Positions 44,535 to 57,900 of a DNA stretch of 64,000 nt are shown here, one piece after another. Source of the DNA: Eledone cirrhosa (Eukaryota); NCBI GenBank assembly GCA_964016885.1, contig OZ024741.1, forward strand, positions 202,058,001 to 202,122,000. The letters are read 5' to 3'. The position numbers were made by a program, and so were the translations under genes. How positions within the stretch are numbered: position 1 is the stretch's first letter; every line of letters begins with the position of its first letter. The notes under the pieces are model-generated. The model made no database searches. It saw only the letters and a program-made list of their open reading frames with translations, and was not told where the DNA came from.

Positions 44535-47500
44535 TGACCATGCTGTAAAATGGAGGGGTAGAGAGGGCCCATGAGTCCAGTAAGACATCCTCTCTAGTGC
44601 TGGTGGCACAAATAAAAGCACCCAGTCCGTGCTGTAAAGTGGTGCTGGTGTTAGTAAGGGCATCCAACCAGTATATATATTACTGCCAAAAACTATGAGC
44701 ACAACAAATGATAATTGCAACAACTGCGTCAACAGCAATAACACTAACCATGTTGGGGTTGCGCACGGTAGTGCGAGAACCCCCACGACCGTCTTCAAGC
44801 AATCGCACTATAGGAAAAGGAACAAGAATATAAACTTGTCACATCTCAGAGTTGCCACGCTTAATGTTGGCACTCTCACAGGTCGATCTGGTGAAATAGC
44901 GGAGATGCTGGAGAGAAAACATGTGGATGTGTGCTGCGTGCAAGAGGTGAGATGGAGAGGTGCCTCTGCGAGACTAATCGTAGGCAAGCATCTTAGTTAT
45001 AAGCTTTTCCGGGTAGGTAATGATGATGGGTTAGGGGGAGTAGGCATTTTTCTGGTTGAGAGATGGATCAATAAGACAATAGAGGTAGTTCAAGTTAATA
45101 ATCAAATAATTAAGCTTAGATTAGTTGTAGGCAGGAGACTACTGATAATCATCTCTGCCTATGCTCCCCAAGCAGGCCTAGGCAAAGAAGAAGAAGACTG
45201 CTTTTACAAACAACTTTTACAAACAGCCGCAATGACAGAGGACGGAGACATCGTTATGCTAGCAGGGGACTTCAATGGTCATGCTGGACAGCTCCAGGAT
45301 GATTACACTGGGGTACATGGTGGGCACGGTTACAGCTCAAGAAATGAAGAAGGAGTGAGATTTCTTGAATTTTGTGATGCAAGTGCACTAACCATTTGCA
45401 ACACTAACTTCCAGAAACCTGCCAACCACCTAATAACCTACAAATCTGGCGAGCACATAAGCCAGATTCACTTCTTGCTAGTTAGGCAGCAGGACAGGCA
45501 GATGGTGTCAAATACTAAGGCATACTCTGGGGAAGAATGTACCCCACAGCATAGGTTAGTCGTTAGTCATATCTCAGTAAGCAAGAGATGGAATGACATA
45601 CAGGAAGGTGGGGAGAAGAAAGGTCTGGAGGCTAAAAGACCTTTCACTAAAATACAAATTTAGGAAAACCCATCAAGATGTGTATGACGAAAAAGAAGAC
45701 GATTTAGAGTCATATGACATAGATGATAACTGGAATTTCTTATGTGATAACTTACTGCAGGCTACTGATGAAACCTGTGGCTGGAGCAGAGCTCCAACCA
45801 GACAGAGTGACCTGGTGGTGGAACAGCACGGTAGATAGGGTCATTAGAGACAAAAGACTAGCATGGAATGCTTGGAAAAAGGGTGGGAGTAGAGAAGGAT
45901 ATACAGCCACTAAAAGAGAAGCTAGACGTCAGGTGTACTTAGCACGCAGGGAGGCTGAGAGTAGGAGGTTTGCCAATGTTCTGCGACGGGAAGATCAGAG
46001 ACATGCAGTGTTCCACATTGCAAGACAACGTGTCAATGCAAATCAGGATGTTGTTGGAGATAAATGTGTCCGGAATGATGCCAGTGTACTTAGTGTCATG
46101 AATGATCAGAAAAAGGAGGCCTGGAAATGTCATTATGAGAGACTGATGAATGTGGAGAACAAATGGGAGAGAGAGAAATTATCGTCAGTAGATCCGACAG
46201 AGGGACCAGCTATTGAGATTGACGAATATAGGGTCCAAGAGGCGATTAAGGAAATGAAAAATGGTACGCCGCTGGACCATCAGGTAAAGTTGCTGAGATG
46301 CTGAAGCCATCAGAGGACGTAGGCACTAAACTGGTTGCACACATCATCAATCAGGCTATATATGGTGGTGTCACACCCAAAGACTAGTGCAGCAGTATTC
46401 TCATAAATTGCTACAAAGGTAAAGCGGATGCTCTGAAGAGGAGCAATTATAGGGTATAAAACTGATGGATCAGGTTATGAAAGTGGCAGAAAGGATATTA
46501 GCGCAACTAATTAGAGAAAGGGTCAAACTAGATTTGATGTAGTTTGGTTTTGTGCCTGGGAAGAGTACAACAGATGCCCTCTTCTTGGTGAGACAATTAC
46601 AAGAGAGGTTCTTAGAGAAGAATAAGCCACTATACTTAGCCTTTGTTGACCTAGAGAAGGCCTTTGATAGAGTACCCCGATCTGTCATCTGGTGGTCCCT
46701 AAGGAAACTAGGTGTTGAGGAATGGCTTGTGAGGACAGTGCAAACTTTGTACAGAGGTACTGTCAGTAAAGTGAGGGCAGGAATGGAGTTTAGTGAGGAA
46801 TTCCAGATACAAGTAGGAGTACATCAGGGTTCGGTCCTCAGCCCGCTCTTGTTCATTATAGTCCTCCAAGCCATAACAGAGGAGTTTAAGACTGGCTGAA
46901 CATGGGAACTTCTCTATGCTGACAATCTGGTTCTTATAGCAGAATCAGTAGAGGAGCTAGAGAATAAATTCTGGCTATGGAAACAGCAGTTGGAATCAAG
47001 AGGACTGAGAGTGAACCTAGCTAAGACAAAAGTGTTGATAAGTAGAAAAGAGGACAAAACTCTGATTCCATCAGGGAAATGGCCATGTTCGATATGCAGA
47101 AAAGGAACTGGCATAAATTCTATAAAATGTACACAATGCAGATCTTGGGTACACAAGAGATGTAGCAGGATAGCAGGCAAACTAACAGGTAGGAAGAAAT
47201 ACGTATGCAGTAGATGAACAGGGAAATTTGACAGTAGGAGTCGCATTGATAGACACATTTTTCAAATGCAGGTGGGTGCTATAGAAGTGGTTGATAGCTT
47301 CCGGTACCTAGGTGATCAGATTAGCATGGGAGGGGGGGGAGTGTTCCGAGGCCATAGTATCTAGAATAAGGACGGGTTGGAAGAAGTTTAGGGAGCTGCT
47401 TCCTCTGCTGACGAAGGGTTTCTCCCTGCATACGAAAGGCCGGTTATGTGATGCCTGTATGAGGAGCGCGATGCTGCATGGTAGTGAGACATGGGCAGCA

Positions 47501-47906
47501 ACTGCAGAGGATATGCGACGGCTGGAGAGAAATGAGACAAACATGCTCCATTGGATGTGCAATGTCAATGTGCGTGAACGACCCAGCATGGATGTGTTGA
47601 GAGAGAAACTGTATCTGAGAGGGATAGAATGTAGTGCGGGAGAGGAGACTGCGATGATATGGACATGTGATGCACATGGAGGATGACCGATGGGTGAAGA
47701 AGTGCCAAGAAATGCCAGTTGAAGGAAGACGCGGTAGAGGTAGACCACAAAAAACATGGGCGGAGGTGGTGAGAGCAGACCTCAGATCGCTGAAGCTCAC
47801 GGTGGAGATGACGAAGGACTGTGACAAGTGGAGAGATGCTGTGCTGAATAGGACCCGTCCCATCCTTGCAAGCAGGGAAAAACGGACGTGAAATGATGAT
47901 GATGAT
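44535..47906 (+). mobile_element. Near full-length RTE LINE (5' UTR, APE, RT, PHD finger, (ATG)n tail), inactivated by stops and frameshifts
   Basis: APE motifs VATLNVGTL, CVQEVRW, SAYAPQ, GDFNGH, QHRLVV. RT motifs DLEKAFDRV, GVHQGSVLSP, YADN. PHD WPCSICRKG..CTQC..WVHKRC..C. Tail atgatgatgatgat. Confidence 0.95.
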
Positions 47907-48096
47907 ACTCACACGTATATATATGGGCCTTCCAGTTTCATTTCACATTATATACATGTCTATGTATATTTTAATTATTTAAAAATTATTTTTAAATGAA
48001 CATGATTTTTAAAATATATTCTGAGTGAACGTGACCCAACAGGTCATGGGTGGTCTAGTTATAAATAAATATATAATATATATAAATATAATGTAA

Positions 48097-48212
48097 TGGT
48101 TTCTGATTTAGGTACAAGGCCAGCAATTTTGGGCAAAGGGAAAGTCGATTAAATCGAACCCAGTGTATTACTGGTACTTTATTTTATCGACCCCGTAAGG
48201 ATGAAAGGCAAA
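48097..48212 (-). mobile_element. SINE 3' fragment (same family as 6047-6214)
   Basis: Reverse complement gcctttcatccttacggggtcgataaaataaagtaccag..aattgctggccttgtacctaaatcagaaac matches the 6047-6214 body. Confidence 0.75.
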
Positions 48213-48242
48213 TATATAAATATATGTATATGTTATATATAC

Positions 48243-48290
<48 letters not shown>

Positions 48291-48293
<3 letters not shown>

Positions 48294-48564
48294 AGACACA
48301 AAGCAGGCTTTGTTTACAAGTGGCTATCGAATTTTAAAATTAGGTAGTAACATGTGTTTATGCTGTATTTGACTAAATAGAATTAGACTGTTAGTGGGGA
48401 TTTTAATAAACCCTCTGAATGGAAAAAAGTATGAGTATTGATGTATATGGGACACAAACCCACATCTTTGGTTTGCCGGACCAATGTGTTACCATTACAC
48501 CAACACGCCACCCATGCTTTCTTCCATTCAATTAGAAGCTATATAACCATAGCAGGTGTCTCCC
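48291..48564. mobile_element. Short TIR-bounded element in (TA)n carrying a tRNA-like segment
   Basis: Termini GGGAGACAC / GTGTCTCCC flanked by TA runs. Minus-strand 48509-48439 reads ggcgtgttggtgtaatggtaacac..ggtccggcaaacc.., tRNA-like with a degenerate B-box. A related sequence lies at 10672-10770. Confidence 0.5.
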
Positions 48565-48595
48565 TATTTATATCCATATATATGTAGTATATATA

Positions 48596-48628
<33 letters not shown>

Positions 48629-48721
48629 TGATTAGTCAAGCAAAACAAGACCACAAATTTCACAAGGAAGACATTATTAAAAGATTGTCAGCATATTTTA
48701 GTTTGATGTAAGGAATGTAGA

Positions 48722-48757
<36 letters not shown>

Positions 48758-49381
48758 TGTCCGTTTACAATTGTTTTGCTACTCCATATAATATTTCTGG
48801 ATCAAATAATTATATATCATTATTGATCTGGTTCAGTTGAAAATAATTAACATAGGTAAAGATAGAGCAGCTCATCGGAACTTCAAAAGGAATATAAATT
48901 ACATAACTCTATCACGACCTCTACCGATTAACGATAGAACGAAGGTAACTATTAGCTGTCAACATCGAAGGGCTAATTCCTTCGCCAACAGAATATTTGA
49001 CCCAACATAGTCATCTAGCCCCATTTTTACTTGTAGCTAATAAGTTAAATAGCTATAACTAACTTAGATAATTATAAGTTACCCCCCTTACATTGTCTCT
49101 CAATTAAAAAATTAGCACTTAACTATAAACTACCCACAATTTCTAATCTTCAAGGAGTTACTTCCCCTGAAACCACCCTCTAATTAGTAAGGTAAATATG
49201 TCCATTGGCGGCCATCTTGTTACCCATAGGCAGATCTCACACAATGCAGCATCGACAGAAGAATACTGCTTGACTATGGCAGACAATTGATATACCCAGA
49301 ACACCATAGTGAAATACCAATATATGGAACATTTCATTTATGTAACATTCTTTCCTTATTTTAATTTATATTCCTTTTGAA

Positions 49382-49500
49382 GTTCCGATGAGCTGCTCTA
49401 TCTTTACCTATGTTAACTATTTTCAACTGAACCAGATCAATAATGATATATAATCATTTGATCCAGAAATATTATATGGAGTAGCGAAACAATTGTAAAC
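49382..49500 (+). ncRNA. Minimal hammerhead-like motif in the inverted-repeat arm
   Basis: gtt-CCGATGA-gctgctcta..tggagtagc-GAAAC-aatt-GTA-aac, with palindromic stem III (acaattgt). The core has a U-to-C variant and stem I is only 3 bp. The left-arm copy has GAAA changed to AAAA. Confidence 0.55.
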
Positions 49501-49517
49501 GGACATTATTATTATTA

Positions 49518-50869
49518 GCAGAGGTAGAGGCTGCTTTGGAGTACATCGGAAGTAACATAGAGTACAAAGCAAGAGGCAAACAGTTCGGTACCATCTCGGT
49601 ACTGTTCAAAACCGAGGCCCTCGCTATTAAGCACTCGGTGACCCCCTGCAGAACGAAACGCATTATCATGCATCCATCCTATATGGGTAAAAGGACAGCG
49701 AAGGTACGCATTCCCAGCATCCCACCAGGAATGAACATATGGTGGCTGCTGGGATGCGTAATCGAGGAGGGGACAGACACTGCCCTCCTAGACATCAAAA
49801 GGACAGAGAGAGAGGACTGGTCCGGAATGGATTTGGAGATTCTTCTTCAAATGAAACCGGAGGATATGAATAACATCCCGGATTTTGCCCGCCTGCAGGA
49901 TGGGACAACAATCCAACTAATGATTGATGGAAGAAGGCCACGCTGCTTCGTCTGCGGGGAAGCAACGCATCTTCAAGCCTTCTGCCCTCAGCGCAAAAAT
50001 GCAGGGGGTCGCAAACCTCCTTTGTTGCCAACGCAAGTGTCAGCATGGAAAGCTGCACCACCACCACCACCAAAAACAACATCAACAAAAACACGGACAC
50101 CAACATCAAAAGCAGCCGGATCACCACCAACACCAAAACTAATCCAAGGAGAAAACTAGGAAAGCTCTCCCACTCCCCCTACCCCCCCCCCCCCAATTAT
50201 ACACAGACAAAACAATAAACGCACACACAGACACAGAGACACTCACAGACACAGCCCCTTTGTCTTCCAGCAGCGAAGATGAAGGAAAACCCAAAAGTGC
50301 AAAAAAACAGAAAATTCACAAAAAAAAAGCCCCAACAAAACACGAAAACACACACAACAAAAAATACAGACACCACTAACGCAAACACTTCCCCAATAAC
50401 ATCATCACCAACAGCTACATCGACACCACCTCCACAATCCCCGAAACGCAAACAACCTAAACAAACACAAGTACAAATAAACACACAAATACCTGAAATT
50501 GCAGACACCACACCTGCAACAAACATAGACATACTCGAAACAACACCACCAAAACCATCGCCACCACCTTCACCAAAACGAAAACAAATAAAACCACACC
50601 AACAAAATGTTAAAAACTTTGTGCTTGTCAGAAGGGCCAACGATAAACTGATGGCCCTCTTAGCGCGAAGCGAGGACATTCAAACAGAGGGGGAGATTTT
50701 TGAAATGAGCACATTTTGTGTGCCAGAAGATTTGCTTCTGGTCCGAATGTCACTCAATTCCTTTAAAGAAATTCGAGAGAGCTTTCCTCAAGACGTGGGA
50801 ACCCCGAATGTGAAACCCACATCAAGACTTTTAAAGGGGTTCCCAAAAGAAACCCGACCAACCATGTAG
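49518..50869 (+). pseudogene. Tx1 ORF1 (gag-like, zinc knuckle, Pro/Thr/Lys-rich tail), disrupted
   Basis: IDGRRPRCFVCGEATHLQAFCP. Stop at 50159, then a low-complexity continuation to 50869. Confidence 0.75.
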
Positions 50870-50941
50870 GTCTAACCACCCGACCTTCACAAGACCCGGG
50901 AGGTAAGTAAACCTTCCCTCTCTCTCTCTTAGCTTACCAAT

Positions 50942-53900
50942 ATGGCCATATTAAGAGTAGGAAGTTTAAATGTTCGCGGCCTGGGGTCACTCTGGAAGCA
51001 GGGTCGCCTGCTCAACGACCTCCGGTCGCTGGAAATGGATGTGATTGCCGTAAGCGAGACCAAAATTTCCGACACGCGCGCACTAGCCCCCATTTTCGAC
51101 GACTATCAGATCTTCGCATCTGTTAGCAGGCCGGGAATGAGGGTGGGGTGGCAGTGCTGTTTAGGAAAGGACTGGATCTCGAGGTAAGGTCGATCTTCCG
51201 GGACCCGGACGGTAAGTTGGTGGTCTTGGATGTGAGCAGTAGCGAAGGTGGTGCCTTTAGACTGCTGGCCGTCTACGCCCCTAAAGGGGCTGGACGACCT
51301 GACTTCTTTAGGCGCCTGGAGACCTTTATGGGTACATCTCGCCCTTTACTGTTAGCGGGGGACTGGAATGGCATCTTAGACGCACGCTGGGATTGTGTGG
51401 GAGTAGCCGATAGGAGCGGGGGGGTGCAAAAGCCTCAAGCACCTACTCAGCCAGTTCCAACTGTCTGACAGGTATCGACTAGATTTCCCCAATGTGCCAG
51501 TATGGACATGGACCAACCGAATGGGGTCATCTAGATCGTATATAGACAGGATCTTCATTAGGAAAATAGATAGAAATAGTGTGGGCTGTCCACTTTTTAA
51601 AACGGTCGCCTATTCAGATCACAAATTTGTGATCTGTACGGTCGACCTAAATAAAACGCGTAGGTTAGGACCGGGTTACTGGAAGCTGAACATGTCATTT
51701 CCGGCACATAAGGCTTACAGGGAACGAGTCAACAATTTAGTTAAGCAAAAGTTGACAGGGGGGATCATCAACAACAGATGGTGGGGGCTCTCAAAAGAGA
51801 GATTAGAGTAACTTCGATAGAGTTCAGCAAAGAACTAGCGTTAGAGAAAAATAGAAAGGAGGGGGAGCTGGTAGATAAGTTAGACGAGGCTATTTGTAGT
51901 GGCATCGCAACTGACGTGCTAGCGGCGAGAATGGCATTAGACCATTTCTTCAATGCCAAACACGAAGGTTGCATTGTCAGAGCTAAGGCGCGTGCGCTGA
52001 GAAACGAGGGAACTAAAGCTGTTCGATGGGCCCGCGTGGTGGAGGCGCAGCGTGGTAATAAAACCACAATTCGGTCTTTGGTGAACCGAGACGGACACGA
52101 GATAAGCGATTCCAAGCGGATGTGTGAGGCCTTTCGCCAGCACTTTGCTCGGTTGTTCAGGGAGAGTGGCGAGTCAGAGAGAGTAGCGGATTTCAGTCCC
52201 GACCTTGACGGCTTGCCGCGCATCTCGACGGTCGATGCTGAGCGCTGCGAAAGGCCGATTACTTTAGCCGAAATTCAGGACGCCCTTGTCGGCTGCATGA
52301 GGCGCAAGTCACCCGGTTTGGATGGCCTGTCCTACGAGCTTTACGTAAATATGCCAGACTTGTTCTCCGAACTCCTCAAAGCACTCTACTGCAACTGGCA
52401 GCAGAATGTGAGTATTCCCAGTTCTGTGAGCAGGGGAGTGGTGGCGCTGATAAGGAAAGACGAGAACAAGAGGGATACATTAGACAACTTCAGGCCCATA
52501 ACTCTGCTCAACACAGAGTTTAAGATTTTGGCCAAGGTGTTAGCAAAGAGATTGGCGCTTGTCGTCGAGGATTTGGTTGGGGAGGCGCAAACTTGCGCAA
52601 TCCCAGCCAGGTCCATACACGACAATCTCCACCTCATGCGATACATCATAGAGAGGGTAGGGTGTAAACCTGGCTTCGGTGGGGCACTGATCAATTTACA
52701 TCAATCGAAAGCATTTGATAGGGTCAACCATCGGTATCTGGAGTTTGTCCTCAAAGCAGCTGGCTTCAGCCCTGTCTTCAGAAGCTGGATCGTTGCAATG
52801 CACAGCGGCACACGCTCGGTGGTCAAAGTTAATGGCCACCTCTCAGAACCATTTCGGCTCTCCCGATCGGTCCGTCAAGGGTTCCCTCTCTCTTCCCTTC
52901 TGTACGTATTGACTCTCGAGCCTTTACTGCGGAAGCTGGAGCTGTTGCAGGGCATCCGGCTCGAACCGGGACGTGGAAAGGCGGTGTCGGCTTATGCGGA
53001 CGACATCACCGTGATGGTGTCGAACACCTCAGAAATCGAGGTGGTCGGCACCTTATTGAAGGAATATGAAAGGTTGACAGGAGCCAAACTTAACCCGGAA
53101 AAGTCGGTGGGCTTGCAGCTCGGAACCTGGAGAGGCAAGCCCATGCCATCCAACAGCGTCGTGGGGCGCTGGACGGACGGACCGGTAAAGTTGCTTGGGG
53201 TTTGGTTCGGACCAGACCTCCAAGTGGAAAAGAATTGGGACGAGGTAACGTGCAGAGTAGCCAGTCTCACCCAAAAATGGGCTGGGAAGAAGCTATCACT
53301 GAAAGGTCGCGCGGAGGTGGCGAATGCGTACATCGCGTCCGTCATCTACTACCGCCTAACCGTCGTGCCTTGCCCCCGTCCGCGCCTCGTCAAGTTGGAA
53401 CGGCTCCTCTTCAAATTCTTGTGGAGGGGACAAGTTCCGTTGGTGAGGCGGTCCATCTGCTGCCAGCACCCTCTACGCGGAGGGCTGGGCATGCCGTGGC
53501 TAATGATGCGCAGACATGCGTTGAGGCTGCGACATCTTCAGATATTCTGCCTCAATGGTGAACAGGTGTGGTCGCCGTTTATCAGACGGGCCTTTCCGCA
53601 GCTCATTTCTTTGACTGAGCTGCAGTCCTGGGTCAAGAAGAGACCGAGACTGGGTGACTGGCACCTGGAATGTTGCCAGGCACTCACTGCCCTCTACCAA
53701 GCGGGCAATGCGATCAGTGGAACTTCCACTCTCGAGTTCTATAGAGGATTAGTGGTGGGCAAGTGCGATGACGCACTCGGAGAAGCTTTGGGCCTCGACA
53801 AAGTCGAACTGACCAGTCTGTACCGGAGGACTTTTGAGCCGGGGACGATGGACAATTTCCAGAAATCCCTCGCTTGGCAGTGCTACCGGGGGGCACTGCC

Positions 53901-54363
53901 GGTTCGGGATAAACTCTACAGGCACGGAAGTGCTGTCAGATGGACCTGCCCAAGATGCGCACAGAACGACGAAACCGTTCTGCACGCACTTGTCCAATGT
54001 CCGTGCATTACTGACTTGTGGAGTTATGTCGAACAGCTACTGTCGCGTGTGGTACGAATCCGGCTATCGGCCGAGTCCATAGTGAAGATCGATCCACCGC
54101 CTTCCTTAGGTCAGGAAGAGCAGGAAATTTTCCTCTGTCTGGTGGCAGTTGCGAAAGAGATTATATGGTGGACCAGGTTGAAAGGACTAAAGACAGACAC
54201 TTTTCTCTTCGGCCAATCCCTCATCAACTTCTTCAAGTTTCACCTGGAAAGGAGGGTGAGGGTGGAGAGAGAAGTGCTGCCCCCCAGTACATTTGCTAAA
54301 AGGTGGGTGAATGTGGCGAGAATGGCTCGTGTGAATGGGCCTACTCTGACCATGCGCCTATAG
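50942..54363 (+). pseudogene. Tx1 ORF2 (APE endonuclease, reverse transcriptase, CCHC finger) with a few frameshifts
   Basis: GSLNVRGL, SETK, VYAP, GDWN, YIDRIF, SDH, PGYWKLN. KSPGLDGL, FRPITLLN, SKAFDRV, VRQG.PLS, AYADD, CPRCAQNDETVLHALVQC. Frameshifts at G-runs near 51145, 51420 and 51785. Confidence 0.93.
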
Positions 54364-54929
54364 GCTGGCTAACTTGAGGAGAGGGGTGCTCTCCTGGGTG
54401 CCCTAGAAGCGCAGGGTGGTTCAGGATTGGTGGGGTACCTGAAGCACCCCAGGGTCGTACATCCCCTATCGGGGAATTTATTTTGTTATATTTATGCATA
54501 GTTTATTTTATATTTTTATATTTTCATTGTTAAATTAGTCTTGCCATTACTCGACTTTATTGTAAATCCCCACTGTCCCTGTCTTTGTATTGTCCCCTAC
54601 ATGTCGGCCCTTGTGGCTAATAAATGAAATCATTATTATTATTATTATTATTCTCTACATTCTTTACATCAAACTAAAATATGTTGACAATCTTTTAATA
54701 ATGTCTTCCTTGTGAAATTTGTGGTCTTGTTTTGCTTAACTAATCAATATTTCCAGCTCTGTGCACTTAACCTCTGCATGAACCCAGCCACCTAGCTGCT
54801 TTCCACTGCATATTGCACATTGAGCACATGCCTTTACGCTTTGGCTTCTAACTAATTCACCAATCTCTCCTCTCCTATCTCCTCTCCTACCTCCATCTCT
54901 CTCTTTAAGATTGGTTACTCTTGAACTGT

Positions 54930-54961
<32 letters not shown>

Positions 54962-54987
54962 GTCTGTGTGTATAGTATATATATATA

Positions 54988-57900
54988 TCTATATATATAT
55001 AAAACTGATGTTCTCTGTGTGTCCTCATTTTTGCAAAGTCTATACAAATCCACATTTCTACTCCGATTGACTTCAAACTTGCATTTATATATTCCTTGCG
55101 GTCTAAAGATACTAACTGCCGCTTTTATTTTTCAATTTTCTTTTGTCAAAGAGGTGTTAGGCGCCGGTTATCGATCTCCGTCGCGCTCTTATAATATCTG
55201 TCTGTATGCCTGGCTGTCTGCATTACGACATTCTAACGAACATTGATGACGCATTATGTTCGCTATTATCTGTTCATTGCCAGGCAACGTATACACAAAC
55301 CAAAGTAGCGTCTGCCTGTTTTCCTTCGGCTGCAACGTTTTTTGAAATAGTTTTTCCGTTCACAGATAGATTTTTAGAGTTTCAGAAAATCCCATTAAGG
55401 GTGAAAGCAGCGATTCTTTGCTTAAACTTTAATCTGTTATTTTAATATATAATATAAGCGAGCCAAGCCAGCCCAGGTTAACAATGGAACTTGAGAATAC
55501 CTTTCCGACGGTCGGCTTATTTTTCAATCAGTAAGTGTCATTTACTAATTTTTTGGCTAACAATCCTGAGACATTCCCACTTACCCCAGTTGCTTTAATA
55601 TTTTTTTGCAATACTTCCTCAGACATAATCACTTACCCCCGTTGCACACATTATTATTGGTGTTAGTACCAAGCCATACGCCCCATTACATACATAGATA
55701 GAAATAATGGATCTTTTTAGAAAGACCCCGCCAAAAAAGATCCCCACATCTATGTTAAAAATCACATACGCTGGCGTTAAGCAGTAATTTCTATCTATCT
55801 TGGTACAGACAATACAGTGCAGAGGGGCGGGATAGTGTTAAGGCAAGCTGTCTTAAGTTAAGTCGACTTACGGTGGTTCGACAATCGGTCACAACTAACC
55901 TATTACTCAAGTGAGTTTTAGACTGAAAACTATTAACCCCTTCTACATCAACTAACCTAAGCCTGAACAGACACTTAAACTTACTAGCCCCTCTTGCACC
56001 TGATTTTCTGCATCCACAAGTTATACGTTGTTGTTTAATATATCCTAGGCTATGCCCCCAAAGAAGAGAGTTTGCTTCGGAAGAAAAACGTCCTTTTCAA
56101 AAAGACTGCAAAGGAGGAGAGCAAATGAACAGTCCCCAGAAGTTGATATTAACCCATTGCAAATCGATGCATCAACACCCACTGCCCGAACTGCTGAGAG
56201 TGACGGACAGCGTGACCTTAGACCGGCAACAAATGATTTATCAGAAACCAACGTCCGATCTGCTGAGAATGACGACCAGTGTGTCCTGTGAAAAGCACGA
56301 AATGCTGCATTAAAAGCCGCTGCCCAAGCTGCTGAGACTGCAGAACAGTGTTACCTGTGTATAAGAAAAAATGATGCATCGACTGCTGCCACTCTAACTG
56401 CTGAGAGTGAAGAACAGCGTGCCTTGTGTCAGGCAGGAGATGCTGCATCAACTGCTGCCGCCCGAGCTGCTGAGACCTCCGACGCCCAACGGGATCGCCT
56501 GGAGAGTATCGCCCAGTTTAGAAATACTCGGCAGGGTGTTTCAAGGCCATGTACTTCAAGATGGCTACTAGAAGCATTTGAATATAGGCTCGACAGCTAT
56601 TATGCTAAGCATCGAGACATGTCAATTTCCAGTATGCTAATTTTGCTCTGCGCATAAGTGGCCTGGAGAAGCAGCCGGCATGTGTTGCGCAAGTGGAAAG
56701 GTCAAATTACCCGCTCTAGAGGATCCACCCAGCCATTGCTGCTGCTTCTTACAGGCACAACCCCAGAATCAAAGCATTTCCTAAGTAATACCAGAAAGTA
56801 CAACTGTGGCTTTCAAATGACTTCTTTCGGAGTGAATATCGTTAGGGAAGGTGGGTTTATGCCTACGTTTAAAATCCAGGGGCAGGTTTACCATAGGATA
56901 GGACCACTTCAGCCCGTTGCGAAACAAGAGCCTCAGTTTCTTCAACTGTACTCCGTTGGCAGCTACCAAAAGAAGATGAAACACTATATCACCCGGCATT
57001 AATTTCGAGCTGACATTGCAGCTCCAAGAGATGTTACATGCAAAATACAGTTATGTGCAGAGTTTTAAGTATGCGTTAGAAACAGCATCAATCCCCAATT
57101 TTAATGTTGTCATTAATGCTGACAAACGGCCATCTGGAGAGCATGCTAGCCGCTATAATCTGCCTACATGCAATGAAATCACAATTGTGCTTGAAGGTGA
57201 GCAGCAAAATCCAAGGGACATCGTTCTCACGTGTCGCAACAACACTCTTAAGCGCAAATCAGCGAAACCCACAGATCATACGACGCCCTACAATACCCCT
57301 TGCTCTTTGTGAATTGAGAAGACGGTTACCATTTGGGCATTCACCAGCGTAATCCCCACAGACCAGACGGTGCAGCAGCAAACAAGTTTCCTGCATGGAG
57401 TTCTACGCATACTGCTTCATGACCCGAAGTAACTGCCTGAATCATCTCCACAGTTCACGCGAGCTATTCCATCAATTTGCAGTCGACATGTGCGCCAACA
57501 AAAGCTGCGTTCAGAGAGTTACATTCACCTTCGAGATGGTATCAACAATGACGTTGCTCCAGGAGACTTAGGGCAGGTGTTTATTTTGCCTTCCACTTTC
57601 ATCGGGGGTCCACGGTATATGCATGAGAGGACGCAAGACGCTATGACATATGTGCGCCACCACGGTCGCCCGACCTTTTCATTACCTTTACCTGCAACCC
57701 CAAGTGGAAGGAGATCGAAGCTGAACTCTTCCAAGGCCAAAAGGCCAAAGACAGGCATGACCTTCTAGCCAGGGTCTTCCGACTGAAGTTACAGAAACTC
57801 ATGAACCTTATCACGAAAGGGCAGGTATTTGGGCCTGTAATAGGTGACATGTACACAGTTGAGTGGCAAAAAATGGGTCTGCCACATGCCCATATTCTTA

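Larger units (their letters stand above)
49518..54631 (+). mobile_element. L1/Tx1-clade LINE, 5'-truncated within ORF1, relatively young
   Basis: ORF1 with CCHC knuckle, ORF2 with APE-RT-CCHC, 3' UTR with AATAAA at 54619-54624. Flanked by (ATT)n. GC- and CpG-rich relative to the flanks. Confidence 0.93.
48625..54750. repeat. ~275-bp inverted-repeat element (left arm 48625-48901; right arm 49362-49517 plus 54632-54750), split by the Tx1 LINE
   Basis: Both right-arm pieces are near-perfect reverse complements of the left arm and rejoin at an (ATT)n tract. Confidence 0.9.

Noticed and set aside
48439-48509. Functional tRNA gene
   Set aside because: The T-loop/B-box is degenerate (ggtttgtgtccc) and the acceptor stem is poor. 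Treated as repeat-derived.
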